NCBI GenBank assembly: GCA_043744595.1
Contig: JAYTVK010000060.1
Span: 1-18,837 of the forward strand
Source of the DNA: Candidatus Lloydbacteria bacterium
GTDB taxonomy: Bacteria > Patescibacteriota > Minisyncoccia > Phycocordibacterales > UBA6899
DNA: 18,837 nucleotides
Direction of reading: 5' to 3'
The notes under the pieces were generated by a model. The model ran no database searches, had not been told where the DNA came from, and saw only the letters and a program-made list of their open reading frames with translations. The translations under genes were made by a program, and so were the position numbers. Below, in pieces: positions 7,007-14,814 of this stretch (position 1 is the stretch's first letter; each line of letters starts with the position of its first letter).

Positions 7007-7729
7007 TCAGAGTTTTTCGAGTGCTGCTTGAAAATCCTGAGGAAGTGATGCCAGAATACTGATTCGCTCGCCATTCTGGAGAGTGAGGGTGAGGCTGACT
7101 GCATGAAGTGCAAGACGTGTGAAACCTAGTCCGGAGGGAGTGTGGTAACGTTCGTCGCACAAAATAGGATGTCCGATGGAAAGCATATGTACACGCAACT
7201 GATGGGTTCGCCCGGTCTTTGGAGCGAGTTCGACGAACGCATACTCTCCTCCTGAATTCATTACTCGGTAGCGGGTACTTGCGGGGCGCATAGTGCCGCG
7301 TGCCTCGGCACCTACCGTCCACTGCCTAAAGTCTGCGCGCGAGCGGCCTATCGGCTTATCGACAACACCTTCAGCTGGATCGGGTGTGCCTATCACCAAA
7401 GCGTTATATACCTTCTCGATCGAGTGATCGAGAAACTGCCTTTGTATGAAATAAAATGCATCATCATTCTTTGCGATGACAATGACCCCCGAAGTCTCGC
7501 GGTCGAGGCGGTGGAGTATTCCTGCGCGTGGCACATATCTTCCCGAATCAAGCGTGTGGAGTCCTCCGATATCAGTAAGTTCGGGGTGGCGCTCGAGTAC
7601 CCAATCGGTGAGTGTCTTCTCTTCGGTGCGTCCATCACTGTGCACAACAAGACCTGCAGGCTTGTCGACCGCCAAGAGTGATTCGTTCTCAAAAATGATG
7701 TTCGGCTCTTTGCCTTCCATGATTTGCAT
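7007..7729 (-). CDS. RluA-family pseudouridine synthase (no S4 domain)
   Basis: 240 aa from MQIMEGK (alternative ATG at 7720). It has LAVDKPAGLVVH, the catalytic HRLDRETSGVIVIAK motif, and GRTHQLRVH. The 391-aa track ORF is an out-of-gene extension into uppS. Confidence 0.85.
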   Translation of the reverse strand: MQIMEGKEPNIIFENESLLAVDKPAGLVVHSDGRTEEKTLTDWVLERHPELTDIGGLHTLDSGRYVPRAGILHRLDRETSGVIVIAKNDDAFYFIQRQFLDHSIEKVYNALVIGTPDPAEGVVDKPIGRSRADFRQWTVGAEARGTMRPASTRYRVMNSGGEYAFVELAPKTGRTHQLRVHMLSIGHPILCDERYHTPSGLGFTRLALHAVSLTLTLQNGERISILASLPQDFQAALEKL

Positions 7730-7772
7730 TATGAATCGTTTGAGAAAAAAAACAATCAGACGGCGTGCGTTA

Positions 7773-8453
7773 CTATTTCCCTCTGCGCCTTTCTCGTTCT
7801 TTGTACCACGCAAGCGTACCAACGAATTCTTCTTTGGTGAGATCCGGCCACAGCGTATCGGTAAAATAGAGCTCACTGTAAATACTTTGCCACGGGAGGA
7901 AGTTCGATAGGCGCTGCTCACCACCGGTGCGCACAATGAGATCGGGGTCGGGTATTTCATTTGTATCAAGCAGTCGTGAAAATGTTTCCTCGGTAAGTGT
8001 TTCGATGAGCTCTTTTGACAACTGCCGCACTGCGCGCACAAGTTCGTCGCGTCCACCGTATGAAAGTGCGATGACGAGCGTGATGCTGTGCGCGTCTTTG
8101 GTCTCAGACTCTGCCTTATCCATAATAGCCCGGAGCTGCGGCGAGAGCGTTTCCCTATCGCCAATGAATCGCATGCGCACACCTTCTCGCTTTGAACGTT
8201 CGATCATTTCGCCGATTGCACTCTCGAACAGTGTCATCAGGAGCTCGACTTCATCGTGTGTGCGTTTCCAATTCTCGGTCGAGAATGCATACACCGTGAG
8301 GTGCGTGACGCCGCCTTCCTTTGCCCAGAGCACCAGGTCGCGCAATTTCCGATAGCCGCTCATGTGTCCTTCGATCGTCTTCAGTCCCTTCGCTTTTGCA
8401 TAACGGCGATTACCGTCCATGATGATAGCTACAGAAAGGCTCTCTTGTGTCAT
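7773..8453 (-). CDS. uppS: Undecaprenyl diphosphate synthase (cis-isoprenyl transferase)
   Basis: 226 aa. AIIMDGNRRYA, TVYAFSTENWKR and RTGGEQRLSNFLPWQS..SELYF are the signature UppS motifs. Confidence 0.92.
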   Translation of the reverse strand: MTQESLSVAIIMDGNRRYAKAKGLKTIEGHMSGYRKLRDLVLWAKEGGVTHLTVYAFSTENWKRTHDEVELLMTLFESAIGEMIERSKREGVRMRFIGDRETLSPQLRAIMDKAESETKDAHSITLVIALSYGGRDELVRAVRQLSKELIETLTEETFSRLLDTNEIPDPDLIVRTGGEQRLSNFLPWQSIYSELYFTDTLWPDLTKEEFVGTLAWYKERERRRGK

Positions 8454-8488
8454 AGATATAGTAACCCCCGGCAGAGTGAAAGGTTGCG

Positions 8489-9802
8489 TTATGTCTTTTG
8501 TGTCGGCACCACCCTCTTTTTCTTCAGCAGAAGAGCTATGTTCTTTGCCTGCATGATGCCTGATGCGGCCGCCCCTTCCATGAATCCCTGAGCTTCTCCG
8601 ATGTGCTCGCCTGAAAAGAATGTATGGAGAAAGGGCTTCTCGAATGCGCGCCGCATCATGTTTCGCTGGTGTGGTCCGTAGTACGCGTAGGCTCCGAGTA
8701 CGAACTTATCTTTCTTCCAGTAGTGACGCTCCATGCGAAGCGGTGTGACACCCGTTGTATCCATCTCGAGTGGAAGCACTTTTTTCAGATCAGCCCATAT
8801 CGCACTCGTACTCATCACCGCAAGTTTGTCGGCGCGCTTGCCTGTCGCATATATCGTGAGTGCCCCGGCTTTTCCTCTTTGGTGTTGAGTAGTATGAAAA
8901 ACATATTGCTCAAGGCCATCAGAAAATTCTGAGAAATCTTCTTTTTTCCAGAATCGCTTTGGGAACAAAAGAATGATCTTGACGATGTCGCCATACTGAA
9001 GATCTGCATCCGCCTTTTGAATAGCAGGAGGAAGTACCGGAGAAAATCGCATATGTTTGACCAAGGGAAGCGGTGCGGTGATGAGGAGTTTTTTTGCACT
9101 CCAGGTCTTACCTCCTGTTGTAATCACCTCTACCCCCTCTTTCTCCTGGATGATCGATTTCACCTCCTCTCCGAGATGGATATGTTTGTTGCCGATCTTC
9201 TTTGCCAGCCCAAGCGGGAGCAGTGAATTACCGCCGATGATATGGTAGTCCATTGCCATGGTCTTTCCCCCTTCAGCATGCTCGAGCAGCGGCAGAAGCA
9301 TCGAGACATTATTTATTCCTGCGCCGTACTCCGCACTGTAAAGGTCATTGAGTATACGGAGTTCTTTTTTTGAAAAATAGCGCGAAAGAAAATGTCCCCA
9401 TGAGTAGCGGTCAAGCGCGAGCATCGCACTTCTGCGTTTCGGAAGCATCGAGAAGAGGTGCTCGAGTTTTGTGGTGACATCCTGATATGACTTATCGGCA
9501 TTACTGCGCGTACGAGATACATAGTGCTCATCAGTATAGCGGTGTAGTTCGAGGGGAAGCGCGAGCTCGCGACACAGTTTGCGGATAGACTTGTGTGCTT
9601 TGCCTATCCACTCCGCACCATGTTCGCTCACGAGCCCCTTTCCGAGGGAAACGCTCCAAATGCGCCCACCTACTCTCTTGCGTGCTTCAAGTATCTCGAC
9701 TGAAATACCTTTTTTGCGAAGTTCGTATGCTGCGGCAAGCCCCGAAATCCCTGCCCCAATGATGAGCACATCGCTTGTGTGTGTGGGATTCTCTTTTGTC
9801 AT
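8489..9802 (-). CDS. Flavin-containing amine oxidase family oxidoreductase
   Basis: 437 aa. It has an N-terminal dinucleotide fold (VLIIGAGISGLAAAYEL...ILEARKRVGGR) and a C-terminal FFSGEH motif typical of the amine oxidase/monoamine oxidase fold. The substrate is unknown. Confidence 0.7.
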   Translation of the reverse strand: MTKENPTHTSDVLIIGAGISGLAAAYELRKKGISVEILEARKRVGGRIWSVSLGKGLVSEHGAEWIGKAHKSIRKLCRELALPLELHRYTDEHYVSRTRSNADKSYQDVTTKLEHLFSMLPKRRSAMLALDRYSWGHFLSRYFSKKELRILNDLYSAEYGAGINNVSMLLPLLEHAEGGKTMAMDYHIIGGNSLLPLGLAKKIGNKHIHLGEEVKSIIQEKEGVEVITTGGKTWSAKKLLITAPLPLVKHMRFSPVLPPAIQKADADLQYGDIVKIILLFPKRFWKKEDFSEFSDGLEQYVFHTTQHQRGKAGALTIYATGKRADKLAVMSTSAIWADLKKVLPLEMDTTGVTPLRMERHYWKKDKFVLGAYAYYGPHQRNMMRRAFEKPFLHTFFSGEHIGEAQGFMEGAAASGIMQAKNIALLLKKKRVVPTQKT

Positions 9803-10086
9803 TGCTGTTTACTGTAGCGTATCGAAAAATCCTCGTATACACCACGCGCTTCTCCCCACTCCAGGGAGACACTTTCTACGTGAGCAAGCAGGGAGCCTTT
9901 ACGGAGAAGTTCGAGATATGCACTAAGCTGACCATCTTCTCCTTCCGCAACCACGCTGACTGAGCCGTCTTCTTGGTTCATGACATAACCAGTGATACCG
10001 AGCTTGCGCGCGTTTCTTGTGGCGAAATCTCTGTACATCACCATCTGTACCCGCCCGATCACTTTCGCCTCCAATCTCTTTTTCAT
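9799..10086 (-). CDS. acyP: Acylphosphatase
   Basis: 95 aa. The V.G.VQ.V.YR motif (VIGRVQMVMYRDFATRNARKLGITGYV.N..DGSV) matches. A 4-bp ATGA overlap with the downstream amine oxidase gene suggests an operon. Confidence 0.85.
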   Translation of the reverse strand: MKKRLEAKVIGRVQMVMYRDFATRNARKLGITGYVMNQEDGSVSVVAEGEDGQLSAYLELLRKGSLLAHVESVSLEWGEARGVYEDFSIRYSKQQ

Positions 10087-10118
10087 GGTTTTATTTAATC
10101 ACGGGCAAGAATTGGAGT

Positions 10119-10232
10119 CGATGAGGGATTCGGTCACAGATAATTTTCTCACCGTCGTTCGAAAATTTCCGCGACCCCGTCTCGCAGCGAAATCTGCTGA
10201 TTTCGCATTTGCTCCGACTTTCGAATCCCTCA
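10119..10232. repeat. tRNA-linked structured element, copy C (possible ncRNA, leader or miniature mobile element)
   Basis: The arms CGATGAGGGATTCG (10119-10132) and CGAATCCCTCA (10222-10232) are complementary, and both derive from the tRNA-Val T-arm/acceptor. The core is colinear with 6018-6118. The hairpin at 10187-10206 is GCGAAATCTGCTGATTTCGC. The element lies between tRNA-Val and the acyP start, on the same transcription direction. Confidence 0.6.
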
Positions 10233-10268
10233 CGGAAGTGCTGCAGAGCACTTCCTGTCGCTTACAAT

Positions 10269-10292
10269 AAAACCGCCCAATGGGCGGTTTTA
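10269..10292. terminator. Bidirectional terminator hairpin downstream of tRNA-Val
   Basis: AAAA-CCGCCC-AAT-GGGCGG-TTTT. Confidence 0.7.
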
Positions 10293-10294
10293 TC

Positions 10295-10370
10295 TGGTGC
10301 GCGATGAGGGATTCGAACCCCCGACCTTCGCTGTGTAAAAGCGCTGCTCTACCAACTGAGCTAATCGCGC
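10295..10370 (-). tRNA. tRNA-Val (anticodon TAC), CCA encoded
   Basis: The reverse complement is GCGCGAT-TA-GCTC-AGTTGGTA-GAGC-A-GCGCT-TTTACAC-AGCGA-AGGTC-GGGGG-TTCGAAT-CCCTC-ATCGCGC-A-CCA. Confidence 0.88.
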
Positions 10371-10610
10371 AAAGTTCCCTTTACTTTGCCTGTGGTCGCA
10401 ACCATCTCTTTCCTACTGTTATCTACCAAGACACCTAATCGCGCAAAGTTCCCTTTACTTTGCCTGTGGTCGCAACCATCTCTTTCCTACTGTTATCTAC
10501 CAAGACACCTAATCACTCAAAGTTCTCTTTACCTTGCCTGTAATCCCAACTATCTGCTCCTGCTGTTATTTACCAAGACAGCTAATCGCGCAAAGTTTCC
10601 CTTACCTTCT
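10361..10610. repeat. 74-bp tandem repeat (~3.4 units) of the tRNA-Val 5' end plus upstream region
   Basis: CTAATCGCGCA recurs at 10361 (inside the tRNA), 10435, 10509 and 10582. Units 1 and 2 are identical, unit 3 is diverged, and unit 4 is partial. Each unit carries a mimic of the tRNA's first ~24 nt (GCGCGATTAG-GTGTC-TTGGTAGA). Confidence 0.85.
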
Positions 10611-10704
10611 ACTCAAAAACTTACGACTCCTGAACAATAAAACATTTCATCGACATATGCAATTATTTGAGATAATGTAACGATATTCAGTCGAGATGAG
10701 AAAT

Positions 10705-10736
10705 GTCCCCGTAGTCGAGTGGATAGAACAAGAACC
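10705..10736 (+). pseudogene. Truncated 5'-half copy of tRNA-Arg(TCT)
   Basis: GTCCCCGTAGTCGAGTGGATAGAACAAGAACC matches the first 32 nt of the intact tRNA (10789-10820) at 29 of 32 positions. Similarity stops at the anticodon loop. The offset is 84 bp. Confidence 0.75.
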
Positions 10737-10788
10737 ATGAAGCCCGATAATAGCAACATGGGTGTGCGTACGAAGAAACAGAATACAT

Positions 10789-10860
10789 GTCCCCGTAGTT
10801 CAATGGATAGAACAAGAACCTTCTAAGTTCTGGATCTAGGTTCGATTCCTAGCGGGGGCA
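10789..10860 (+). tRNA. tRNA-Arg (anticodon TCT)
   Basis: GTCCCCG-TA-GTTC-AATGGATA-GAAC-A-AGAAC-CTTCTAA-GTTCT-GGAT-CTAGG-TTCGATT-CCTAG-CGGGGGC-A. Confidence 0.88.
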
Positions 10861-10871
10861 CAAACGGATAA

Positions 10872-10900
10872 GAAAAGCACCCTGCGGTGCTTTTCTCGTT
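10872..10900 (+). terminator. Intrinsic terminator after tRNA-Arg(TCT)
   Basis: AAAAGCACC-CTGC-GGTGCTTTT followed by CTCGTTTT. Confidence 0.7.
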
Positions 10901-10904
10901 TTGT

Positions 10905-11012
10905 GCGGGCGCAAAGCATATTGCGAGCTTCGAGCGATGCTGCGCCGGGGTCGCGAACACTTAGGTTTTTAGTAGGCTTTGCGCTAAAAAACTTAGTGAT
11001 TCGTGACCAAAC
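10905..11012. repeat. Possible divergent third copy (D) of the tRNA-linked element, in the same orientation relative to its tRNA
   Basis: The reverse complement carries the two anchor motifs GGTCAC and GCGACCCCG, separated by a long A/T-run hairpin (CACTAAGTTTTT / AAAAACCTAAGTG). A second hairpin follows (GGCGCA-GCAT...ATGC-TTTGCGCC). Outside the anchors only the architecture is shared with B2 and C, not the sequence. Confidence 0.35.
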
Positions 11013-11023
11013 CCCTTACCTCC

Positions 11024-11443
11024 TTATCCCTGCACACCGCTTGGGGTGGAAGGCGTAGTGTCGGGAGGAAGTGTCTCCGGTGTGTCTTGAATGACCGATG
11101 CCGGTACCGGGACGCCGCCGGCGCGCTGATATGAAGGTGGCTTCGGTGCAGCACGAAGGAGCTGGGTAAAATTCATTTGTTTCTTTTGATATAGATTGAT
11201 CACCGACTCGAGTTCGGTAAGCGAGAGCGTCGGGCGTTCGGTTTTCGCCGGTACATGTGTTTCGTCTGCGCTTATCGCCCACTCATAGGTGAGATAGCCT
11301 GTTGCACCTATGGCAATGACGGCAAACAAAAGGAACCATAGCCCGGCACGCCAGAGCAGATCCGGATTCGCAATGATGTCTCCGTGGAAACGGAACTTCG
11401 ACACCAGCTTTTTGTATGAAAAATTTATGCGTTGGTTTTCCAT
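11024..11443 (-). CDS. Hypothetical single-pass membrane protein with Pro-rich tail (last gene of the pilMNO cluster)
   Basis: 139 aa with one TM helix (LWFLLFAVIAIGATGYL) and a Pro/Thr-rich C-terminus. Its start lies 1 bp from the pilO stop. I recognise no family. Confidence 0.5.
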   Translation of the reverse strand: MENQRINFSYKKLVSKFRFHGDIIANPDLLWRAGLWFLLFAVIAIGATGYLTYEWAISADETHVPAKTERPTLSLTELESVINLYQKKQMNFTQLLRAAPKPPSYQRAGGVPVPASVIQDTPETLPPDTTPSTPSGVQG

Positions 11444-11444
11444 A

Positions 11445-11999
11445 TTATTTATTTGCCTGCTTCATGCCGACAAGATCAAAAGAGATGCTTCCTGTCCACT
11501 GGTCCGGTTCGGCCGGCTTTCCCGGTTCTGCACTGCCGTCCCGACTCATATTGGTGTCAAATTTACTGATGGTAACGCGTGACGGATACTCCTCGATGAG
11601 TCGCAGGAAGCGAAACATCTGCACCCACGTTCCCTTCAGCCCGGCGTCCGCATGAATGACCTTCGGATTGTCGGCAAGGTCGAAGCGCGAGATATTGACC
11701 GAGAGACCGGTAGTTGAGGCACCGAGCTGTTCGAAGGAATTGAGGAGCGGTATCTGGTTCTCGTCACTCGGGTCAATAAGAAACCGCTCGAGCTCATCGC
11801 GCTGTTTACCGACTGAACTGATGGTTTGGCGTAACTCCTTCAGCTTTTTACCTTTCAGAGCTTCTTGGCTGAGCTGATCGACAATATCAGACTCTTTGGC
11901 CTTTACCTCGACCATGCTCGAATAGCCGTACCACAATCCTCCTGCCCCGATAAGGTCAACGACGAGGAGTATTATCAGAATATTAAGAGTACGTTTCAT
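11445..11999 (-). CDS. pilO: PilO-like type IV pilus assembly protein
   Basis: Start chosen at MKRTLNILIILLV (ATG at 11999, 4 bp after the pilN stop). It has an N-terminal TM helix, a coiled-coil and a ferredoxin-like C-terminal region, and sits after pilM and pilN. Confidence 0.6.
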   Translation of the reverse strand: MKRTLNILIILLVVDLIGAGGLWYGYSSMVEVKAKESDIVDQLSQEALKGKKLKELRQTISSVGKQRDELERFLIDPSDENQIPLLNSFEQLGASTTGLSVNISRFDLADNPKVIHADAGLKGTWVQMFRFLRLIEEYPSRVTISKFDTNMSRDGSAEPGKPAEPDQWTGSISFDLVGMKQANK

Positions 12000-12003
12000 G
12001 TGA

Positions 12004-12549
12004 TTAGTTGAGCGTGATGGTAAGGACATAATCAATATCATTTTTCTTCAGCAAAAAACTCTGAGGATACTTTGCATCTGCAATGTGCGGATTCGTTTCT
12101 TTATTTGAAAGCAGCTTCTGAAACAACAGGAGTGACTCGCGGGTACTTCCGACACCCGAAAGTTGGATAGATGTCGCGGTCGGAGTGCGTAAATATGAGT
12201 AACGCAGCACTGAGACGCCGTCGGGTTTCTGTGCAAGGATACTTGTGAGGAGCTCGGACGGGGGTGTTTCTGCGATAGTGCCACCCTGTCTTAAGAGTGC
12301 TATCTCTGATTTGATCGCATTCAATTGACTTTGTGCTTCTCCGTCGCCGGGGAGCGTCTCTTTTTTCTTTTGGTCGAGTTTTTGTGTCAGATCACTGATG
12401 CTGGTATTCAGTATCAAGTACGAAGGAATCAGCGAGACAAATAGCGACCCTTCGCAGATAAGTATTGCCATCAACATAATGACAGCATAGCGCTGGTAAA
12501 ATTCCTTGCGCAGTTTTTTCTTTTCGGACTGAGGGAGTAGGTTGATCAT
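12004..12549 (-). CDS. pilN: PilN-like type IV pilus assembly protein
   Basis: 181 aa. It has the canonical N-terminal MINLLP PilM-binding motif followed by a TM helix and a coiled-coil. Confidence 0.75.
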   Translation of the reverse strand: MINLLPQSEKKKLRKEFYQRYAVIMLMAILICEGSLFVSLIPSYLILNTSISDLTQKLDQKKKETLPGDGEAQSQLNAIKSEIALLRQGGTIAETPPSELLTSILAQKPDGVSVLRYSYLRTPTATSIQLSGVGSTRESLLLFQKLLSNKETNPHIADAKYPQSFLLKKNDIDYVLTITLN

Positions 12550-12553
12550 ATGC

Positions 12554-13627
12554 TTATGTCAAAAAAACATTACGAAGTGCGAGTCCGATGGCGGCAGTAT
12601 ACCCATGTGAGGCATGCATCGAAAGCGGTGGAATATAGCTCTCGAATGATGCGACATTGACCCATGGGTTGGCTATCTTCACTTTGACATCAAGTGCCAT
12701 CGCAAGATATTCTGCGATACCTCTGAGATTCGCGCCTCCACCTGTCAGATACACACTCTCGATGTTGCCTCCGACTTTGTCGCCATGGTGCGTCTGCCAG
12801 TAGGAATAGTGACGCAAGAGACGTGTGCGCAGATCACTCGTGACCGAGAGGAGCGCAGTGTGCACACCTTCATCTTTTGTGCCGCCGACCAGACCATGTT
12901 TCATCTTGAGAGTTTCCGCCTCTTCGTAGCTGACCTTAAGTGCGCGTTCTATCGACTGTGTCAGATTATGTCCGCCAATATCAAGTGATGCTGAAAATTG
13001 TACGACGCCGTTGGCTGCGACGAAAATGTCGGTCACCATTTTCCCGATGTCGACCACCAGAAACGTACCATTATCTCCGCGCGGAATGATCGCGCGCGCC
13101 ATCGCCTGCGATTCGAATTCAAACGCTTTTGGGGTAATGCCGGTGCCATGGAAAATATCAAGGTACGCATCTACGGCAGTGCGCGGTAGTACCGAAACCA
13201 CGACATCCATCGTATCTTTGTGATGTGATGCCGGTTCATCAATGAGCATGTAGTCAAAGGTCGCATCAGCACCCGAGATGGGGACATGCTCCTCAAGATG
13301 GATCTCTATCGAGTCGCGGACGTCAGTGTCCGCAACGCGCGGGATACGCATATTGGCAAGATATGCCTGCTCCTCAGGAAGTGAGACGTTGGCAAAATTA
13401 AGTTTGTATTCAAATGCGAGTGAAGCGATCACATCCTGGAGTTTTTTCTTGTCTTCTACTTGTCCGCCGGCAATGATCCCGAGCGGGAAATTGCGCGATG
13501 CAAAGCGGGTCACCTCGAGACCCTTACCCCTATGCTCGAGCTCAATGAAACGTACCGCATCAGCAGAAATATCCAGCCCGATAGCAGGCATCGCCAAAAA
13601 TTTTGGTGCAGAAAAGAAAGACATCAC
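12554..13627 (-). CDS. pilM: PilM type IV pilus assembly protein (actin-like ATPase fold)
   Basis: 357 aa. IGLDISADAVRFIEL..., VVDIGKMVTDI and YLTGGGANLRGI are the typical PilM/FtsA-like phosphate and adenosine motifs. Confidence 0.82.
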   Translation of the reverse strand: MMSFFSAPKFLAMPAIGLDISADAVRFIELEHRGKGLEVTRFASRNFPLGIIAGGQVEDKKKLQDVIASLAFEYKLNFANVSLPEEQAYLANMRIPRVADTDVRDSIEIHLEEHVPISGADATFDYMLIDEPASHHKDTMDVVVSVLPRTAVDAYLDIFHGTGITPKAFEFESQAMARAIIPRGDNGTFLVVDIGKMVTDIFVAANGVVQFSASLDIGGHNLTQSIERALKVSYEEAETLKMKHGLVGGTKDEGVHTALLSVTSDLRTRLLRHYSYWQTHHGDKVGGNIESVYLTGGGANLRGIAEYLAMALDVKVKIANPWVNVASFESYIPPLSMHASHGYTAAIGLALRNVFLT

Positions 13628-13677
13628 ATTCTATTATACGCAATAGTTGTGTTCCTGCCAAAGCAGTTTCTGTATAT

Positions 13678-14043
13678 TTATCGGAGTTTGCTTCCTGCCA
13701 ACGTCTCTTTATCAGGATGAAGAAGTACCGCTCCCCCGTCCGCACTACCCACTGCAAGGATCATTCCATTACTTACCAGTCCGCGCAGCGTCCTTGGCTC
13801 GAGGTTGGTGACGAACGGACACTGCTTACCTACCAATTGCTCGGGTTGATAGTATTCGCGGATACCTGAAAGGATCTGACGGATGTCTGCTTCTTCCTTT
13901 GTGGTGCCGTCTTCCTGTGTGACGTGTTTCATCCCAAAATCAACCTCAAGTCGTAGGAGTTTATCCGCTCCCTCTATATATTCGGCCTTAAGGATGGTGC
14001 CGATCATCATTTCGATATGTTTGAATTCATCGATAGTTGCCAT
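13678..14043 (-). CDS. CsaA/YgjH-like tRNA-binding domain protein
   Basis: 121 aa. IGTILKAEYIEGADKLLRLEVDFG...QILSGI...LVGKQCPFVTNLEPRTLRGLVSNGMILA matches the OB-fold tRNA-binding (EMAP/MetG C-terminal) domain pattern. Confidence 0.78.
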   Translation of the reverse strand: MATIDEFKHIEMMIGTILKAEYIEGADKLLRLEVDFGMKHVTQEDGTTKEEADIRQILSGIREYYQPEQLVGKQCPFVTNLEPRTLRGLVSNGMILAVGSADGGAVLLHPDKETLAGSKLR

Positions 14044-14078
14044 ATGCTATGTATTATCGCTGGTCATAGAAACTCATA

Positions 14079-14489
14079 TTATACCTCTTCATGCGAGGTG
14101 TCTCTCTTGGGATTCACCTTATCAAGATAGCTTTGCAGCACAATGGTGGCGGCTGAAGCATCGTTCTGGTCATTGTCACCCTGCAAATGCATCGCCTCAC
14201 GCGAGGACAACACTTCGTTCATAAATACCACAGGCAGGCCCGATGCGGCCTTGAGGTCGTCAGCAAAAACACCGATCTCTTTCATGATGACATTGTGCTT
14301 ATTCTGAAAATTGAGCGACTCGCCGACCACTATTGTTCCCACTTTCTCATCCCGACAGATCTTTGCGATGTGCGCGGGAAGTGAGCGGGAGTTGAGGAGT
14401 ACTCGCAGCGGGAATGCCATGAGTCCACCGTCATCAGAGGTCGCAATGCCGACGCGCTTGGTTCCGTAGTCGATGCCGAGGTATTTCAT
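14079..14489 (-). CDS. ruvX: Putative pre-16S rRNA nuclease / Holliday junction resolvase-like protein YqgF
   Basis: 136 aa from MKYLGIDYGTKRVGIATSD (ATG at 14489), then ...IVVGESLN... The upstream extension in the track ORF runs into tRNA-derived sequence and is rejected. Confidence 0.82.
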   Translation of the reverse strand: MKYLGIDYGTKRVGIATSDDGGLMAFPLRVLLNSRSLPAHIAKICRDEKVGTIVVGESLNFQNKHNVIMKEIGVFADDLKAASGLPVVFMNEVLSSREAMHLQGDNDQNDASAATIVLQSYLDKVNPKRDTSHEEV

Positions 14490-14536
14490 TATGTATTTTT
14501 GAGGTTGGTCTTTTGGGAAAGTCCCGAGTACACCAG

Positions 14537-14559
14537 AGTGCGGAGGAGGTGAGATTCGA
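14537..14559 (-). repeat. Direct 23-bp copy of the tRNA-Ser 3' end (att-like)
   Basis: AGTGCGGAGGAGGTGAGATTCGA at 14537-14559 is identical to 14578-14600 (T-loop to 3' trailer of tRNA-Ser). The two copies are separated by 18 bp. Confidence 0.85.
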
Positions 14560-14581
14560 GCGGTAATAATTTGTTTCAGTG

Positions 14582-14668
14582 CGGAGGAGGTGAGATTCGA
14601 ACTCACGGTCCACTTTCATGGACGACAGTTTTCAAGACTGTTGCCTTCAACCGCTCAGCCACTCCTCC
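14582..14668 (-). tRNA. tRNA-Ser (anticodon TGA), class II
   Basis: The reverse complement is GGAGGAG-TG-GCTG-AGCGGTTGAA-GGC-A-ACAGT-CTTGAAA-ACTGT, then a long variable arm CGTCCATGAAAGTGGACC, then GTGAG-TTCGAAT-CTCAC-CTCCTCC-G. Confidence 0.88.
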
Positions 14669-14814
14669 GCACTGGAACAAATTTTCAATATAACTCACGT
14701 TTCCCTACAGGAACTGTACACCTTTGGGTTATTTTACCACACGTTGTTTGTAAAATTCCTCAAAAGGTCTTGCGGCTTGGCCCCATCAGAATGGGTTCCC
14801 TTATACCATGCCTC

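Noticed and set aside
7730-8182. Upstream extension of the 391-aa ORF (7007-8182).
   Set aside because: It overlaps uppS in another frame. The pseudouridine synthase homology starts at MQIMEGK (7729).
10386-10640. 84-aa ORF, and a possible CRISPR-like array, in the repetitive region upstream of tRNA-Val.
   Set aside because: The ORF is just a translation of the 74-bp tandem repeat. The entire unit repeats without unique spacers, and the units are tRNA-derived, so this is neither a gene nor a CRISPR array.
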